Shown here: positions 1-10,974 of the stretch, in pieces
Numbering within the stretch: position 1 is the stretch's first letter
Layout of the letters: each line of letters starts with the position of its first letter
Assembly: GCA_963773005.1 (NCBI GenBank)
Contig: CAVYZR010000004.1
Coordinates: 335,272 to 399,271 of the forward strand
Source of the DNA: an uncultured Acidobacteriota bacterium
Lineage (GTDB): Bacteria; Acidobacteriota; Vicinamibacteria; Vicinamibacterales; 2-12-FULL-66-21
Length of the DNA: 64,000 nt
Reading direction: 5' to 3'
Translations under genes and position numbers: made by a program
Notes under the pieces: generated by a model
Told to the model about the DNA's origin: nothing
Databases searched by the model: none
Seen by the model: the letters and a program-made list of their open reading frames with translations, nothing else

Positions 1-972
1 CATCGCCAACATCGCGCGTCCGTCGACACCTCGCGCCGTCCAGAGCGTCAGCCGATTCACGACGATGGGCGCCGTCGCCAGAAATACGAGCGGCGTCAGC
101 CGAAGGTAGCGCCAGCCCAGCGCGCCGAAGACGATCACCGTCAGGGCTTCAGCGAGCGTGAGACGGCGAGGCATGGAGGCGAGGAGGACGGCCGCAACGG
201 CGAGATAGACGAAGAAGGCGCGATAGGCTGGCCAGTAGGCGGGCTGGAGCTCCGCGATGTTGAGCACCTGCGGCACCGAGAGATTCTCATACAGATACTC
301 GAGGATTCCCCATCCGTACGGGTTGAGCAGCAACGCCATCGCGCAGCCGGCGGCAATCGTCAATCCGTGAACGGCCTCTCGCCGCGTCAGCGTGGACGGG
401 CGCGCGAGCTCGCCGCACGCGAATAGCGTGATGAGCAAAACGCCAAGCACGCACTCGCCGTGGAGGTTGCTCCAGAGCGCGACGAGCGGCATGGCCCACC
501 GGAGCGGTCGCGCTGAGCGGCTGTCGATCGCGCGCTCGATCAGCCACGCGCAGGCGGCAATGCCGGCGAAGGAAACGAGGTGCGGACGGGGAATGACGCG
601 TGGCTCGAGAACGAAGAGCCCCAGTATGAGGATCGCCGCGGATGGCAGCGCAGCGCCTTGCACGCGGCAGGCGAGGTAGACGAGAGCCAATGTGGCGGCA
701 ACGGTCAACGCCTCGAGCGTCTGGATCGCGGCATCACCTCCCACCTGCCAGGCAGCGTAGGCAGTGGTTTCGGTCAGCCATGACGTGTAGCGCTGGCGGT
801 AGTCGGGATAGGTGAAGCTGAAGACGTTGGAGCGAACGAGCCGACCGTAGAAATTCTCGCGGCCCTGCGCCAGATGCCAGCCAAGGTCGGGCTCATAGAC
901 CGAGCGGAAGCTCACCAGGATGGAAACCGCCGCGATCGCGACTGCCACGATAACGCCGCCAAGCGGTTTCAC
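1..972 (-). CDS. Polytopic membrane protein, putative GT-C-like glycosyltransferase (3' end outside window)
   Basis: Not in the ORF track because it runs off the edge. Manual translation from GTG at 972: VKPLGGVIVAVAIAAVSILVSFRSVYEPDLGWHLAQG...PRPHLVSF...LWSNLHG...LLNPYG, with many hydrophobic segments; frame agrees at both ends. Function is inferred. Confidence 0.7.
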   Translation of the reverse strand, partial: MKPLGGVIVAVAIAAVSILVSFRSVYEPDLGWHLAQGRENFYGRLVRSNVFSFTYPDYRQRYTSWLTETTAYAAWQVGGDAAIQTLEALTVAATLALVYLACRVQGAALPSAAILILGLFVLEPRVIPRPHLVSFAGIAACAWLIERAIDSRSARPLRWAMPLVALWSNLHGECVLGVLLITLFACGELARPSTLTRREAVHGLTIAAGCAMALLLNPYGWGILEYLYENLSVPQVLNIAELQPAYWPAYRAFFVYLAVAAVLLASMPRRLTLAEALTVIVFGALGWRYLRLTPLVFLATAPIVVNRLTLWTARGVDGRAMLAM

Positions 973-1026
973 GGCTCATACCTTAACGATTGATGACGTT
1001 TCGGTCTAGTGCGGGATAACCCGTAC

Positions 1027-1682
1027 CCGCGCCACGAGGAAGTCGCGGCTCTGCACTCGCCTGATTGCCGCGGCGGGTCTGGCTGGTCCTGGCGATCATC
1101 TACCGCCGAGGAAACGCGCCCCGAGCGCGGTGAAAGGTTGCATCGACCGCACCGACGGTCGTAGATGAAAAGCGGCGGCTCCGGCCTGATGTTTTGCGAC
1201 CGCGCAGCTCCGTGAGCTGCGCGCTGGCCCGCCTGCGCTCGCCGCTTTACTGCTATCGCGTGTCACGCGAGTCGGAGGTCGCCGCGGCCGACGCAACCCT
1301 CCACCGCGGGAGGGCGCGACACATCGGACCGCAGCGCTCGTCTGCGAAGCACTCGCACACTGGAAGCTGCGGCGAGCCTGGCTGGCCCTGGCCCTGGAGC
1401 GAGCCGACGCGGTGCGTAGCCGGAACGCGATCGGAGCGATTCATCGCGTCGCCTTCCGTCCCCGTGATCCTCCAAGCCGATAGAAGCACAGTCGGGCCGA
1501 GAGCGCTTGATCACTGTCGGTACTAAAAGCTGTTAGGCGACGCGGCAGCGGAAGAGTACGAGCGTAGAGCGCGTTCCCGGCGAGCGGAGAGGGCCAGGGC
1601 CGGCCAGGCTCGCCGCGGCATTCAGGCGAGTGCAAGTCGGGAGCCGCGGCCGACACAACCGTCCACCGCCTCGAGGCGCGGA
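1027..1682. repeat. Cluster of four diverged ~100 bp units in alternating orientation (BIME/REPIN-like)
   Basis: 1052-1093 (tgcactcgcctgattgccgcggcgggtctggctggtcctggc) is a near-perfect reverse complement of 1593-1634; 1269-1319 resembles 1634-1682; 1349-1395 is another + copy. Confidence 0.7.
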
Positions 1683-1690
1683 ACCAATCA

Positions 1691-2677
1691 TCACGTGGTC
1701 TGAGAGAGCACATCCGGGTTGAGCAGATCCATGCTCGCGAAGGACTTCTCCTCGGCCCAGACGATGTTCTGGACCGCGCGCTCGGCCATGCCGCGGTTGG
1801 CTTCAGGCGTGGTGCTCCCGACGTGGGGCGTGAGGATGACGTTTGGCAGCGTGCGCAGGTCCCGGCTTGGGTCGACAGGCTGATACGGCTCGCGATCGAA
1901 GACGTCGAGCGCGGCGCCGCCGAGACGCTGCGCCACGAGCGCATCGTAGAGCGCCGCTTCGTCCACCACTGCCCCGCGCGCGGTGTTGATCATCCACGCG
2001 TGCCGCGGCATCAGCTCGATCCGCTCGCGGTTGATGAAGTGCGCGTTCGCGGGAACGCCCGGAATGAGCAGGCTGACGAAGTCGGCCTGGCCCAAAGCCT
2101 CGGCGAGGTCGTCGGTCACGAGGTCGAAGTCTCCGCTGGTCGGCATCGGCGCGCTCGACCCTTTGCGGCGGCAGCCGACGACACGCATCTCGAACCCTCG
2201 CTTCGCGATCCGCGCGACAGCCTGACCGATGCGGCCCGCCCCGACGATCGTGAGGGTTTTCCCTTTGAGCTCGACGCCGAGGACAGGCGTCCATTCACCA
2301 TCGCGCATCGCGCCGGCAATCGAAGTCAGCCGACGGGCGGCGGCCGAGACGAGGAGAAACGTCAGCTCGGCCACCGACTGATCGAGGACCGATGGGGTGT
2401 TGGTGCACAGCAACCCCGCCGCCGACGCCTTTCCCTTGTCGATCCACTCATGGCCGACACCGAACCGGGCGATCACGCTGCCGCGCGGCAGGGCCGAGTA
2501 AAGCGCCTCGCGGTACGGCTGGCCTCCGACGATGACGTGCCGCGCGCCGGACTCGGCAATGGCATGGACGAGCGCCGCCTCTTCGGAAGGCGCCGACATG
2601 AACGTGAAGCGCGCTGATGAGGCAAAGACCGCTTCGCCTCGACGGTATTCCGGCTCGGTGACGAGAACGATGGACAT
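1691..2677 (-). CDS. D-isomer-specific 2-hydroxyacid dehydrogenase (phosphoglycerate/glyoxylate reductase family)
   Basis: Motifs GAGRIG (NAD binding), INTARG, ALDVFDREP, LTPHVGS. Confidence 0.92.
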   Translation of the reverse strand: MSIVLVTEPEYRRGEAVFASSARFTFMSAPSEEAALVHAIAESGARHVIVGGQPYREALYSALPRGSVIARFGVGHEWIDKGKASAAGLLCTNTPSVLDQSVAELTFLLVSAAARRLTSIAGAMRDGEWTPVLGVELKGKTLTIVGAGRIGQAVARIAKRGFEMRVVGCRRKGSSAPMPTSGDFDLVTDDLAEALGQADFVSLLIPGVPANAHFINRERIELMPRHAWMINTARGAVVDEAALYDALVAQRLGGAALDVFDREPYQPVDPSRDLRTLPNVILTPHVGSTTPEANRGMAERAVQNIVWAEEKSFASMDLLNPDVLSQTT

Positions 2678-2682
2678 AGTTG

Positions 2683-2792
2683 GCTACCAGCTTCCAGCTA
2701 CCAGCTTCCAGATACAGATACTCGCTACGGCTTTCAGGTGATGGACGCAGGCCTGACCTCTGCTGGAAGCTGGTAGCTGGAAGCTGGAAGCT
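2683..2792. repeat. Inverted arrays of 7-nt tandem repeats (CTTCCAG/CTACCAG ... CTGGAAG/CTGGTAG)
   Basis: gctaccagcttccagctaccagcttccag near 2683-2711 and complementary ctggaagctggtagctggaagctggaagc near 2763-2791, between divergent genes. Confidence 0.85.
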
Positions 2793-2821
2793 GCGCTTAT
2801 CATATGCGTGCACGACAGTTC

Positions 2822-5327
2822 ATGCGGAAATCCTCGGCTCTCCCGCTCTCTGCACTGATTGGCCTAGCCGCGGGCCTGTGGGGTGCTGCGATCCTTGCCG
2901 TCGGCCAGAGCCGGGTGACGGCGACGGGTCAGCCACCTGCGGCAGGCACGCGCGTCGACTACGAACGTCAGGTCCGGCCAATTCTCGAGTCGTCCTGCTC
3001 CGAGTGCCACAGCCAGGACAAGCGCAAGGGCGGCCTCTCGCTCGCGACGTATGCCGACGTGCTCGAGGGTGGGCGGAGCGGCGCGGCGGTGCGGCCCGGC
3101 AACAGCGCCGGCAGCCTGATCGTGCACCGCGTCACCGGCGACACCGAACCGCAGATGCCCAAGGACGAGCTGCCGCTCGACGCGGCGTCGATCGCGCTCA
3201 TCCGCTTGTGGATCGATCAAGGCGCCCGAGCGACGCCGGCGAGCGCGCCGGCGCCGGCGCCGTGGGAAGCGCCGCTCGCGCTCGATCGGCCGGCGACTCC
3301 AGCCGTGCGCTGGCAGTCGTGGTCGTCCACAATCGATCGATTCGTCGCGGCGTATCTCGCCGAGCGGCGAGCCATGGAGCCCGCGTCGGTGCCGGACGCG
3401 CTCTTCGCGCGTCGCGTGTATCTCGACGTCTGGGGCCTGCTCCCCGAGCCCGCCGAGCTGCGCGCCTTTCTCGCCGATCGTTCACCGAGAAAGCGCGAGG
3501 AGCTCGTCGCCCGCCTCCTCGCCCGCGATCAGAAGAACGCCAAGAAGTACGCCGATCATTGGATCTCGTTCTGGAACGACCTGCTGCGCAACGAAGACGG
3601 CGTCACCTACTTTTCAGAATCGGCGGGCCGAAAGAGCATTACGGATTGGCTCTACTCAGCGCTCGAGTGGAATGTTCCGTACGATCAGTTCGTCAACAAA
3701 CTGATCAACCCGACGCTCGCAACCGACCCAGAGGGGTTCCTCGTCGGCGTGAACTGGCGAGGCGAGACGAGCGCGGCGGTCACGCCCTGGATGCAGGCAT
3801 CTCAAAACACCGCACAGCTTTTCTTGGGCGTGAACCTGAAGTGCAACGCCTGCCACGACAGCTTCGTCAGCAAGTGGAAGCTCAAGGATGCGTACTCGCT
3901 CGCCGGGTTCTTCTCGCCCGAGGCGCGGCTCCGGCTCTATCGCTGTGACGTCGCGCAGGATGCCTACGCCGAGCCCGCGTTTCTTTACCCGGAGTTGAAC
4001 CGCGAGCCGCCATCGACGTCGCTGGCCGATCGGCGCGCCACCGTGGCGGCGATCTTCACCGACCCTCGCAATGGACGGCTCGCCCGCACGGTGGTCAATC
4101 GCCTCTGGCAACGCCTCCTCGGCCACGGCATCGTCGGAAACCCCGACGAGATGGATGGCAAGCCGTGGAGCCCGGCGCTCCTCGACGCGGTCGCCAGCGA
4201 TTTCGTCGAGCACGGTTACGACCTCAAGTACTTGATCCAGAGCATCCTGTCGTCCCGCGCGTATCAGATGCCCGCGGTGTCGCGACGCGCCGAGGTCCAG
4301 GCGCGCGGCTACGTGTTTGAGGGACCAGAGGTGCGTCGACTCTCGGCCGAGCAATTCGCCGACGCGATTGGATCGATCACCGGCGAATGGAGCGTGTATC
4401 AGCCACGCGTCACGAGTAGCGGCGGCAGCGCACCCGGCGGTCCGCCAATGTCGGACCCCGCGACGGTCGGCGTCTACGCCCGCGAATGGCGGGCGGCGTC
4501 GAGCGACCTGACCCGAGCGCTCGGCCGCCCGATTCGCGATCAGGTCACTTCGTCACGGCCAACGCAATCGACCACGCCGCAGGCGCTGGAGCTGGTGAAC
4601 GGGGAAATGCTGACGCGATGGTTGTCGCGCGGCGCGCGCCGGATGGTCGGCCAGTTGCCGCCCGAGCGCCTGAGCCTGTTCAATAAGACCGTCGCCGGAC
4701 GAAACGCGACGGCCAGCAAGTTCGACATCGGCATCGCCAACGCGACGAGGCTCTGGCTGATTGCGGAAGACTACGGATTCGAACGCGCCAGAGCGCGTCG
4801 AGCCGCTCTGGGCGGGCGCGGAATTCGTCGACGCCGACGGCAAGGCGACCGCGCTCGGCTCGCTGACGCCCGTCGACGCGCAGGGGTTGCGTCAGCCGTC
4901 GAGCCAGGCCGCTACCGATGGCGGCGTGCGCGTGCGTCCGCCGTCGCGCCTCGTCTACGACATTACCGGGCGCGCCTTCACGCGTTTCCGCGGCAGCATC
5001 GCGCTCGACAATCCGCGCAGCGAGATCGGCGCCACGCTGAACCCGGCGGTGCGCTTCTTCGTGTTCGACGTCGAGCCGAACATGGATCGCCTGCTGCCGC
5101 CTTCGTCACAGCTGCCACGTGCGCCGGAGCCGCCCCTCACGACGGTCGCCGAGACTGTCGATCGGGTGTTCCTGCACGCGCTCGGCCGTGCGCCCTCGCC
5201 AGTCGAGCGACGGCTCGCGGCGAGTGCCATCGCCGACCCGGCGAGACCTGAACGAGTGTCGGCCGACGGGCTCGCAGACCTGCTATGGGCGCTGATGATG
5301 ATGCCCGAGTTTCAGTTGATCTATTGA
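2822..5327 (+). CDS. Planctomycete-type cytochrome c / DUF1549 / DUF1553 protein with an NPCBM-like insert; one frameshift near 4778
   Basis: Heme motifs CSECH and CNACH; FARRVYLDVWGLLP, RTVVNRLWQRLLGHG, RRLSAEQFADAI; C-terminus LADLLWALMMMPEFQLIY lies in ORF 4761..5327. Confidence 0.88.
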
Positions 5328-5338
5328 AGGACGCTTGT

Positions 5339-6844
5339 ATGCCCTCCGAAACTTCGCAGAACCTGACCGGACTGACAGCTGAAGAGCGGCGCATCTACGC
5401 GCGCGTCAGCCGCCGCGGCTTCATGGGCACGACGGCCAGTGCCACGCTCGCCGCGCTGGCCGGTCGCGAACCCGCCTTCGCCAAGGCTTCGGCGGGGCAA
5501 GGCCCTGGCACCACGGCCTCGGCGCGGCCAGCCTCCGCCAAAGCGGATGCCGTGATCGTGCTCTGGATGGCCGGCGGCATGGCCCAGACCGAAACCTTCG
5601 ACCCGAAGCGGTACACACCGTTCCAGCCAGGCGTCAACATCAAGGACGTCCTCAGCACGTTCCCGACGATCGACACCTCGGTCGACAACATCAAGTTCAC
5701 TGCCGGGCTCGAGCAGATCGCGAGCGTGATCGACCGCGGGACAGTTATCCGCACGTTCAACGCCGCCGACCTGGGCTTCATCCTGCACTCGCGGCATCAG
5801 TATCACTGGCACACCGGCTACATCCCGCCGCAGCCGATGGCGATGCCGCACCTCGGCGCGGTCGTCTCGCGAACGCTCGGGCCCAAAAACCCCGATGTCC
5901 CGGCGTTCATCGCGGTCGGTCAGACCGTCGAGGGCGCTGGTGAAATCGGCACGCTCAAGGCATTTCACACCGCCGGCTTCCTTGGCTCCGAACACGGACC
6001 GTTTCTCATCACCGATCCGCAGGACGCGGCCTCGGCCGTGCGGCCACCGAAGGAGCTCGGTGCAGAGCGGTTCCGCAGCCGGCGCCAGTTGTTCGAGAAG
6101 CTCCTCGCGCAGGAGCCCGTCCATCAATACGGGAGCGACTTCCAGCGGATGTCGCTCGTCCGCTCGCTCGAGGCCGCCGACCGGCTGCTCACGTCGCCGT
6201 CGGCCAAGGCGTTCGACCTCTCGCTCGAACCCCGCAAGACGTTCGACGCCTACAACACCGGCCGGTTCGGGCAGGGGTGCCTGCTCGCCAGAAGGCTCGT
6301 CGAGGCTGGCGCGAGGTACGTCGAAGTGACGTCGGAATACATTCCCTTCGTCTACTGGGACACCCACGAGCACGGGCACGACCGGGTCGTCGCCATGAAG
6401 CAGGTGATCGATGCGCCCGTCGCGCAGTTGATTCGCGACCTCGAGGAGCGCGGCCTTCTCGACCGCACGCTGGTCGTGCTCGCGAGCGAGTTCGGGCGCG
6501 ACGCGATGACCGAAGGCAAGGTGGGCAAGGAAGTTCGCGATCAGGCCATCAACATTCCTGACGTGATGACCGAACCGCGCCACTACGGGATGCACCGTCA
6601 TTTCACCGCCGCCGGATCGATCCTGATGTTCGGCGGCGGCATCAAGAAAGGGTTCGTCTACGGAAAGACGGCGGACGAGCGGCCCTGCACGACGATCGAG
6701 AACCCGGTGGTGATGGAAGATCTCCACGCCACGATCTACCACGCCCTCGGCATCGCCCCCGACACCTCCTACGTCGTCGAGCGCCGGCCGGTCTACGTGA
6801 CGAGGGATGGCGTCGGGAAGCCGATCACGGAGCTTTTTGGGTAG
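5339..6844 (+). CDS. DUF1501 domain protein (Tat-exported)
   Basis: Twin-arginine SRRGFM; LWMAGGMAQTETFDPK, FGQGCLLARRLVEAG, WDTH, SEFGR, DLHATIYHALGI; follows its usual DUF1549/1553 partner. Confidence 0.92.
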   Translation: MPSETSQNLTGLTAEERRIYARVSRRGFMGTTASATLAALAGREPAFAKASAGQGPGTTASARPASAKADAVIVLWMAGGMAQTETFDPKRYTPFQPGVNIKDVLSTFPTIDTSVDNIKFTAGLEQIASVIDRGTVIRTFNAADLGFILHSRHQYHWHTGYIPPQPMAMPHLGAVVSRTLGPKNPDVPAFIAVGQTVEGAGEIGTLKAFHTAGFLGSEHGPFLITDPQDAASAVRPPKELGAERFRSRRQLFEKLLAQEPVHQYGSDFQRMSLVRSLEAADRLLTSPSAKAFDLSLEPRKTFDAYNTGRFGQGCLLARRLVEAGARYVEVTSEYIPFVYWDTHEHGHDRVVAMKQVIDAPVAQLIRDLEERGLLDRTLVVLASEFGRDAMTEGKVGKEVRDQAINIPDVMTEPRHYGMHRHFTAAGSILMFGGGIKKGFVYGKTADERPCTTIENPVVMEDLHATIYHALGIAPDTSYVVERRPVYVTRDGVGKPITELFG

Positions 6845-6878
6845 CGATATAGGCACATTTGAGGCGACGTTCACGCGC

Positions 6879-6991
6879 AAAAGCTCTTCACCGCCGAGAA
6901 TGCAGAGGGCGCAGAGAACAAAGGATGGTTAGTGCCCACAGAACAAAACATGGCTCTGCGGGCTCAGCGATCTTGCGGTGAGAGGCTTTTT
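6879..6991. repeat. Palindromic intergenic repeat, family A (TCACCGC.GAG...GCAGAG / CTCTGC...GCGGTGA)
   Basis: Hairpin with 9-nt periodic arms; related copies at 11074-11160, 25857-25947 and 33070-33166. Confidence 0.8.
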
Positions 6992-7049
6992 GCAGCACCT
7001 GCGGGCTCAGAGGTCGGTGAGAGGCTTTTGCAGCAATGAGGTTGAGACG

Positions 7050-8114
7050 ATGAAAACGAGTCGACGCGAGTTTCTCGGTGCGGTCGCGGCGTCACCGATT
7101 CTCCTGGGCATGCAGGACAAGGCGGGCTCGAAGGCGCCGATCATGGGCTCGGGCGCTTACACGTATGAAGCGACCCACGACTGGGGCGTGCTCCCGCCGC
7201 AGATCAAGTATGGCAACACCCACGGTGTCGTCGAGGACTCGCAGGGGAACATCTACGTCCATCACACCGTGCACGCGACCAGCGAGAGCGCCGACACGGT
7301 GGTGGTCTTCGATGGCACGGGCAAGTTCGTGCGCTCGTGGGGCAAGGAGTACCGCGGCGTCGCGCACGGCCTGTGGATCCGCAAGGAGGGGCGCGACGAG
7401 TTCCTCTACCTGACGGTCAACGCGGCCGGTGCGAAGCTGTCGCCGCGACCCGAGCTGCAGGCGGTGCTCGTAAAGACGACGCTGGCGGGCGAGATCGTCT
7501 GGAAGATCGACGCGCCGCCGGATTTCGAGGGCTACAAGCCGGGACCGGACGGCGTTGCGCGGCCCTACAACCCGACCAACGTGGCGATCGCGCCCAACGG
7601 CGACATCTACGTCGCGGATGGCTACGGCTCGTACTTCGTGAATCAGTACACCAGCAAGGCCGAGTACATCCGATCCTTCGGCGGACGAGGGTCAGAGCCG
7701 GGGAAGCTGACGGAACCGCACGGCATCTGGGTCGACACGCGCGCGGCCAGCCCGATTCTGGTCGTGGCCGATCGACGCAACAATCGCCTGCAGCGATTCA
7801 CGATGGACGGCAAGCACGTCGACTTCATCACCGGCTTCAGGCTCCCCGGGCATTTCGACGAGTACAAAGGCCTGGTTGTGATTCCCGATCTGCATGGGCG
7901 CGTCACGCTGATGGACAAGAACAACGTGCTCGTCGCGCAGCTTGGAGACTCGAACTCGCCGGAATGGAACAACCCGCTGCGCCGCGAGCCGCGGGATCAG
8001 TTCATCCCGGGCCAGTTCATCTGCCCGCACGGCGCGTGCTTCGATCACGACGGCAACATCTTCGTCGTGGAGTGGGTGGAGGTCGGGCGGGTGACGAAGC
8101 TGCGGAAAGTATGA
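7050..8114 (+). CDS. Tat-exported NHL-repeat beta-propeller protein
   Basis: SRREFL signal; NHL-type repeats PTNVAIAPNGDIYVADGYG, PHGIWVD...VADRRNNRLQ, PHGACFDHDGNIFVVEW. Confidence 0.88.
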   Translation: MKTSRREFLGAVAASPILLGMQDKAGSKAPIMGSGAYTYEATHDWGVLPPQIKYGNTHGVVEDSQGNIYVHHTVHATSESADTVVVFDGTGKFVRSWGKEYRGVAHGLWIRKEGRDEFLYLTVNAAGAKLSPRPELQAVLVKTTLAGEIVWKIDAPPDFEGYKPGPDGVARPYNPTNVAIAPNGDIYVADGYGSYFVNQYTSKAEYIRSFGGRGSEPGKLTEPHGIWVDTRAASPILVVADRRNNRLQRFTMDGKHVDFITGFRLPGHFDEYKGLVVIPDLHGRVTLMDKNNVLVAQLGDSNSPEWNNPLRREPRDQFIPGQFICPHGACFDHDGNIFVVEWVEVGRVTKLRKV

Positions 8115-8130
8115 TCCACAAGCACCCCGT

Positions 8131-10923
8131 TTGACCCTCACCCCCGGCGCTCGCTTCGGGCCGTATGAGATCCTCTCCGCCCTTGGCGCCGGCGGCATGG
8201 GCGAGGTGTATCGCGCCAGAGACACCAGACTGCGTCGCGACGTCGCTATCAAGATCTTGCCCGATGCCTTCGCGCTGGATCCTGAGCGCGTGGCGCGCTT
8301 CAAGCGCGAAGCACAAGTCCTCGCGTCGCTCAATCATCCGCATATCGCACAGATCTACGGCATCGAAGAATCAGGCACCGTGCGAGCCATCGTCATGGAG
8401 GTCGTCGAGGGCAAGACGCTGGCGGAGCTCATCGCCGGTGAGTCGCTCGCGAACCAGGTCGCTGGGAAAAGGCAAGCCCTCGATCTTCCGGACGCGATCG
8501 CGATCGCGCGGCAGATCGCCGAGGCCCTCGTCGCGGCGCACGACCTCGGGATCATTCATCGCGACCTGAAGCCCGCCAACATCAAGATCACCGACGACGG
8601 GACCGTGAAGGTCCTGGACTTCGGCCTGGCAAAGCCGACGGGAGATGACGCGAATCGAGGGGGCACGAACGTCACCGATTCCCCAACGCTGACCTCGCCG
8701 GCGGCGACGGCGCTCGGCCTGATTCTCGGCACGGCCGCCTACATGGCGCCCGAGCAGGCCAAAGGTCAGCGTGTCGACAAACGCGCGGACGTCTGGGCCT
8801 TTGGCTGCGTGCTGTACGAGATGCTGAGCGGTCGTCGCGCCTTTGGAGGCGACGACGTGAGCGACACGCTCGCCTCACTCCTCAAGACTGACCCCGACTG
8901 GCGCGCGCTTCCGGCCGATCTGCCTGGCCCCATTCGGTTACTCATCGAGCGCTCGCTCGTGAAGGATCGCCGGAGGCGCGTGGGTGACATCTCGACGGCG
9001 CTCTTCCTCTTGAACGAGGCAGCCGTGCTGGCGGCGCCGCCGTCCTCATCCACCCCGGCGGCTCCCCGCCGCGCGATCGGATGGCTCGTCGCTGGCGCCG
9101 CCGTTTGTCTCGTCGCCGGCGCCACGCTGGCGACCATCGGGTGGCAGATGTTCGGTCGCCCGGCACCGCCTGCTGTGCAGCGCGTGTCGTTGGCCCTGCC
9201 GGCCGATCGCGCCGTCGACTTCTTTTGGTTTCCGAATCAGTCGCTCGCGATTTCGCCCGATGGCACCGAGGTCGCCTACGTCAGTGCGAACCCAGGTGCT
9301 CCGCCTGAGCGGAGCACTCAGCTTCGAGTGCGTTCACTCGCCAGCCTCGCGATCCGCGATCTGCCCGGCACGTTTCTCGCTCATCAGCCGTTCTTTTCGC
9401 CAGACGGACAATCCGTCGCGTTTTTCACGAGGAACGGGGAACTCAAGAAGATCGCGCTCTCCGGCGGCACCCCCGTGACGCTCGTCGAGAAGATCGCTGC
9501 CAGCCGATGGACATGGGGCGTGTGGCTCGCTTCCGGCACGATCGTCTTCGGTGCATATGGGCCAGGAACGGCCGGCTTGAAGCAGGTGCCGGCCGACGGT
9601 GGCTCGCCGACAACGCTCACCTCCGTCGACGTCGCTCAAGGAGAGTACGTTCACCAACCGTCGTCCTATGTGCCCGAGGCGGGCGCTGTGGTCTTCACCA
9701 CGGGGTTCAGTCAGCTCCGCAGTCCGCGGCTCGAGGCCGTGATCCTGCAGTCGGGCGAGCGTCGCGTGATCACCGAAGACGCCCGTGGCGGCAGGTATCT
9801 TTCAACAGGGCACGTCGCGTTCACGCGCGGCGACGCGGTGCTCGTCGCGCCGATCGACGTGAAACGCCTGGTGCTCGCCGGACCTGCGGCGGCACTCTCC
9901 GACGACGTCCGACGGGACGGTGCGAACTCGGAAGGGCCCACCCCGCAGCTGGCGGTGTCGTCGAACGGCACGCTCGCGTATGTCCCGAGAGCCGACGCCA
10001 CGGCGCGCGTGATGGGACGTGTCGGCCGCGCCGGGGCATTCACGCCCTTCGGACTGGCCGCTGGTCCGAACCGGCGGCCACGCGTCTCGCCGGACGGTCG
10101 GCGTGTGGCGTTCCTATCGCCCCAGCCCGGCCGTTCGGCGTTCGAAACCGCCGTGCACGTGCACGACCTCGTTCGCGGCACCGTGACCAGCCTGACGGAG
10201 GCCGGGTCCGAGTTGCATTCCGTCTGGCGGCCAGATGGCAGGGCCATTGCCGTCTACGCGAGACGCCCGGAGGCGTCAGGCATCTACCTCAAGGACCTCG
10301 GCGGACAGGAGCACCTCGTCCTTCGGGATGATAGTGGGGCCGGCCCTGTGCCTGAATCATTTTCGCCCGACGGCGCGGTGCTCGCCTTCTCGCGCGCCCA
10401 GGGCGGTCAGTCTAGTATCTGGCTGCTGACACTCGGCGAGAAACCGGTGGCACGGCCGCTCACGAGCGCCACGGCCTCCGAATACAGTCCGAAGTTCTCG
10501 CCTGACGGCCGGTGGCTGGCCTACGTCGTCGACCAGCTCGAGCGATCGGAGGTGTACGTCCGCGGCTACCCCAGCGGCGAGCCGATCCCCGTGTCCTCCT
10601 CCGGCGGAGCGGGCCCGGTCTGGAGCCGCGACGGGAGGACCCTCTTCTATGAAAGTGCGCAGTCGGGCGAGCGCATGTTGATGTCGGTTCCGGTGTCGGT
10701 GGACGGCAGCACGCTGAAACTGGGCGCGCCCTCACGCGTGGTGAGCCTCGCACTGGCGGGTGGGGACGAGTATGGTCGGAGCGCCTATTGGGGTCCGGAG
10801 TACGATGTGTTTCCGGACGGCGATTTCGTGATGCTGCGCGGTCCCGGCCCTGGGAGTGCTCGCGAGATCGTCCTCGTGCAGCACTGGTTCGAGGAAGTCA
10901 AGCGGATGCGGCCGGCGCGTTGA
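8131..10923 (+). CDS. Hanks-type Ser/Thr protein kinase with TM helix and C-terminal PD40/TolB-like propeller
   Basis: [35 protein letters not shown]; TM segment; repeated SPDG motifs. Confidence 0.95.
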   Translation: MTLTPGARFGPYEILSALGAGGMGEVYRARDTRLRRDVAIKILPDAFALDPERVARFKREAQVLASLNHPHIAQIYGIEESGTVRAIVMEVVEGKTLAELIAGESLANQVAGKRQALDLPDAIAIARQIAEALVAAHDLGIIHRDLKPANIKITDDGTVKVLDFGLAKPTGDDANRGGTNVTDSPTLTSPAATALGLILGTAAYMAPEQAKGQRVDKRADVWAFGCVLYEMLSGRRAFGGDDVSDTLASLLKTDPDWRALPADLPGPIRLLIERSLVKDRRRRVGDISTALFLLNEAAVLAAPPSSSTPAAPRRAIGWLVAGAAVCLVAGATLATIGWQMFGRPAPPAVQRVSLALPADRAVDFFWFPNQSLAISPDGTEVAYVSANPGAPPERSTQLRVRSLASLAIRDLPGTFLAHQPFFSPDGQSVAFFTRNGELKKIALSGGTPVTLVEKIAASRWTWGVWLASGTIVFGAYGPGTAGLKQVPADGGSPTTLTSVDVAQGEYVHQPSSYVPEAGAVVFTTGFSQLRSPRLEAVILQSGERRVITEDARGGRYLSTGHVAFTRGDAVLVAPIDVKRLVLAGPAAALSDDVRRDGANSEGPTPQLAVSSNGTLAYVPRADATARVMGRVGRAGAFTPFGLAAGPNRRPRVSPDGRRVAFLSPQPGRSAFETAVHVHDLVRGTVTSLTEAGSELHSVWRPDGRAIAVYARRPEASGIYLKDLGGQEHLVLRDDSGAGPVPESFSPDGAVLAFSRAQGGQSSIWLLTLGEKPVARPLTSATASEYSPKFSPDGRWLAYVVDQLERSEVYVRGYPSGEPIPVSSSGGAGPVWSRDGRTLFYESAQSGERMLMSVPVSVDGSTLKLGAPSRVVSLALAGGDEYGRSAYWGPEYDVFPDGDFVMLRGPGPGSAREIVLVQHWFEEVKRMRPAR

Positions 10924-10974
10924 GCAGAGCGACCGATCTTCGGTTCGGCTCGAGCGCGAGCCAAAGAGGCGCGC

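Noticed and set aside
1470-1538. attC-like end GTTAGGC at 1532-1538
   Set aside because: No matching RYYYAAC box or convincing stem upstream, and no cassette ORF.
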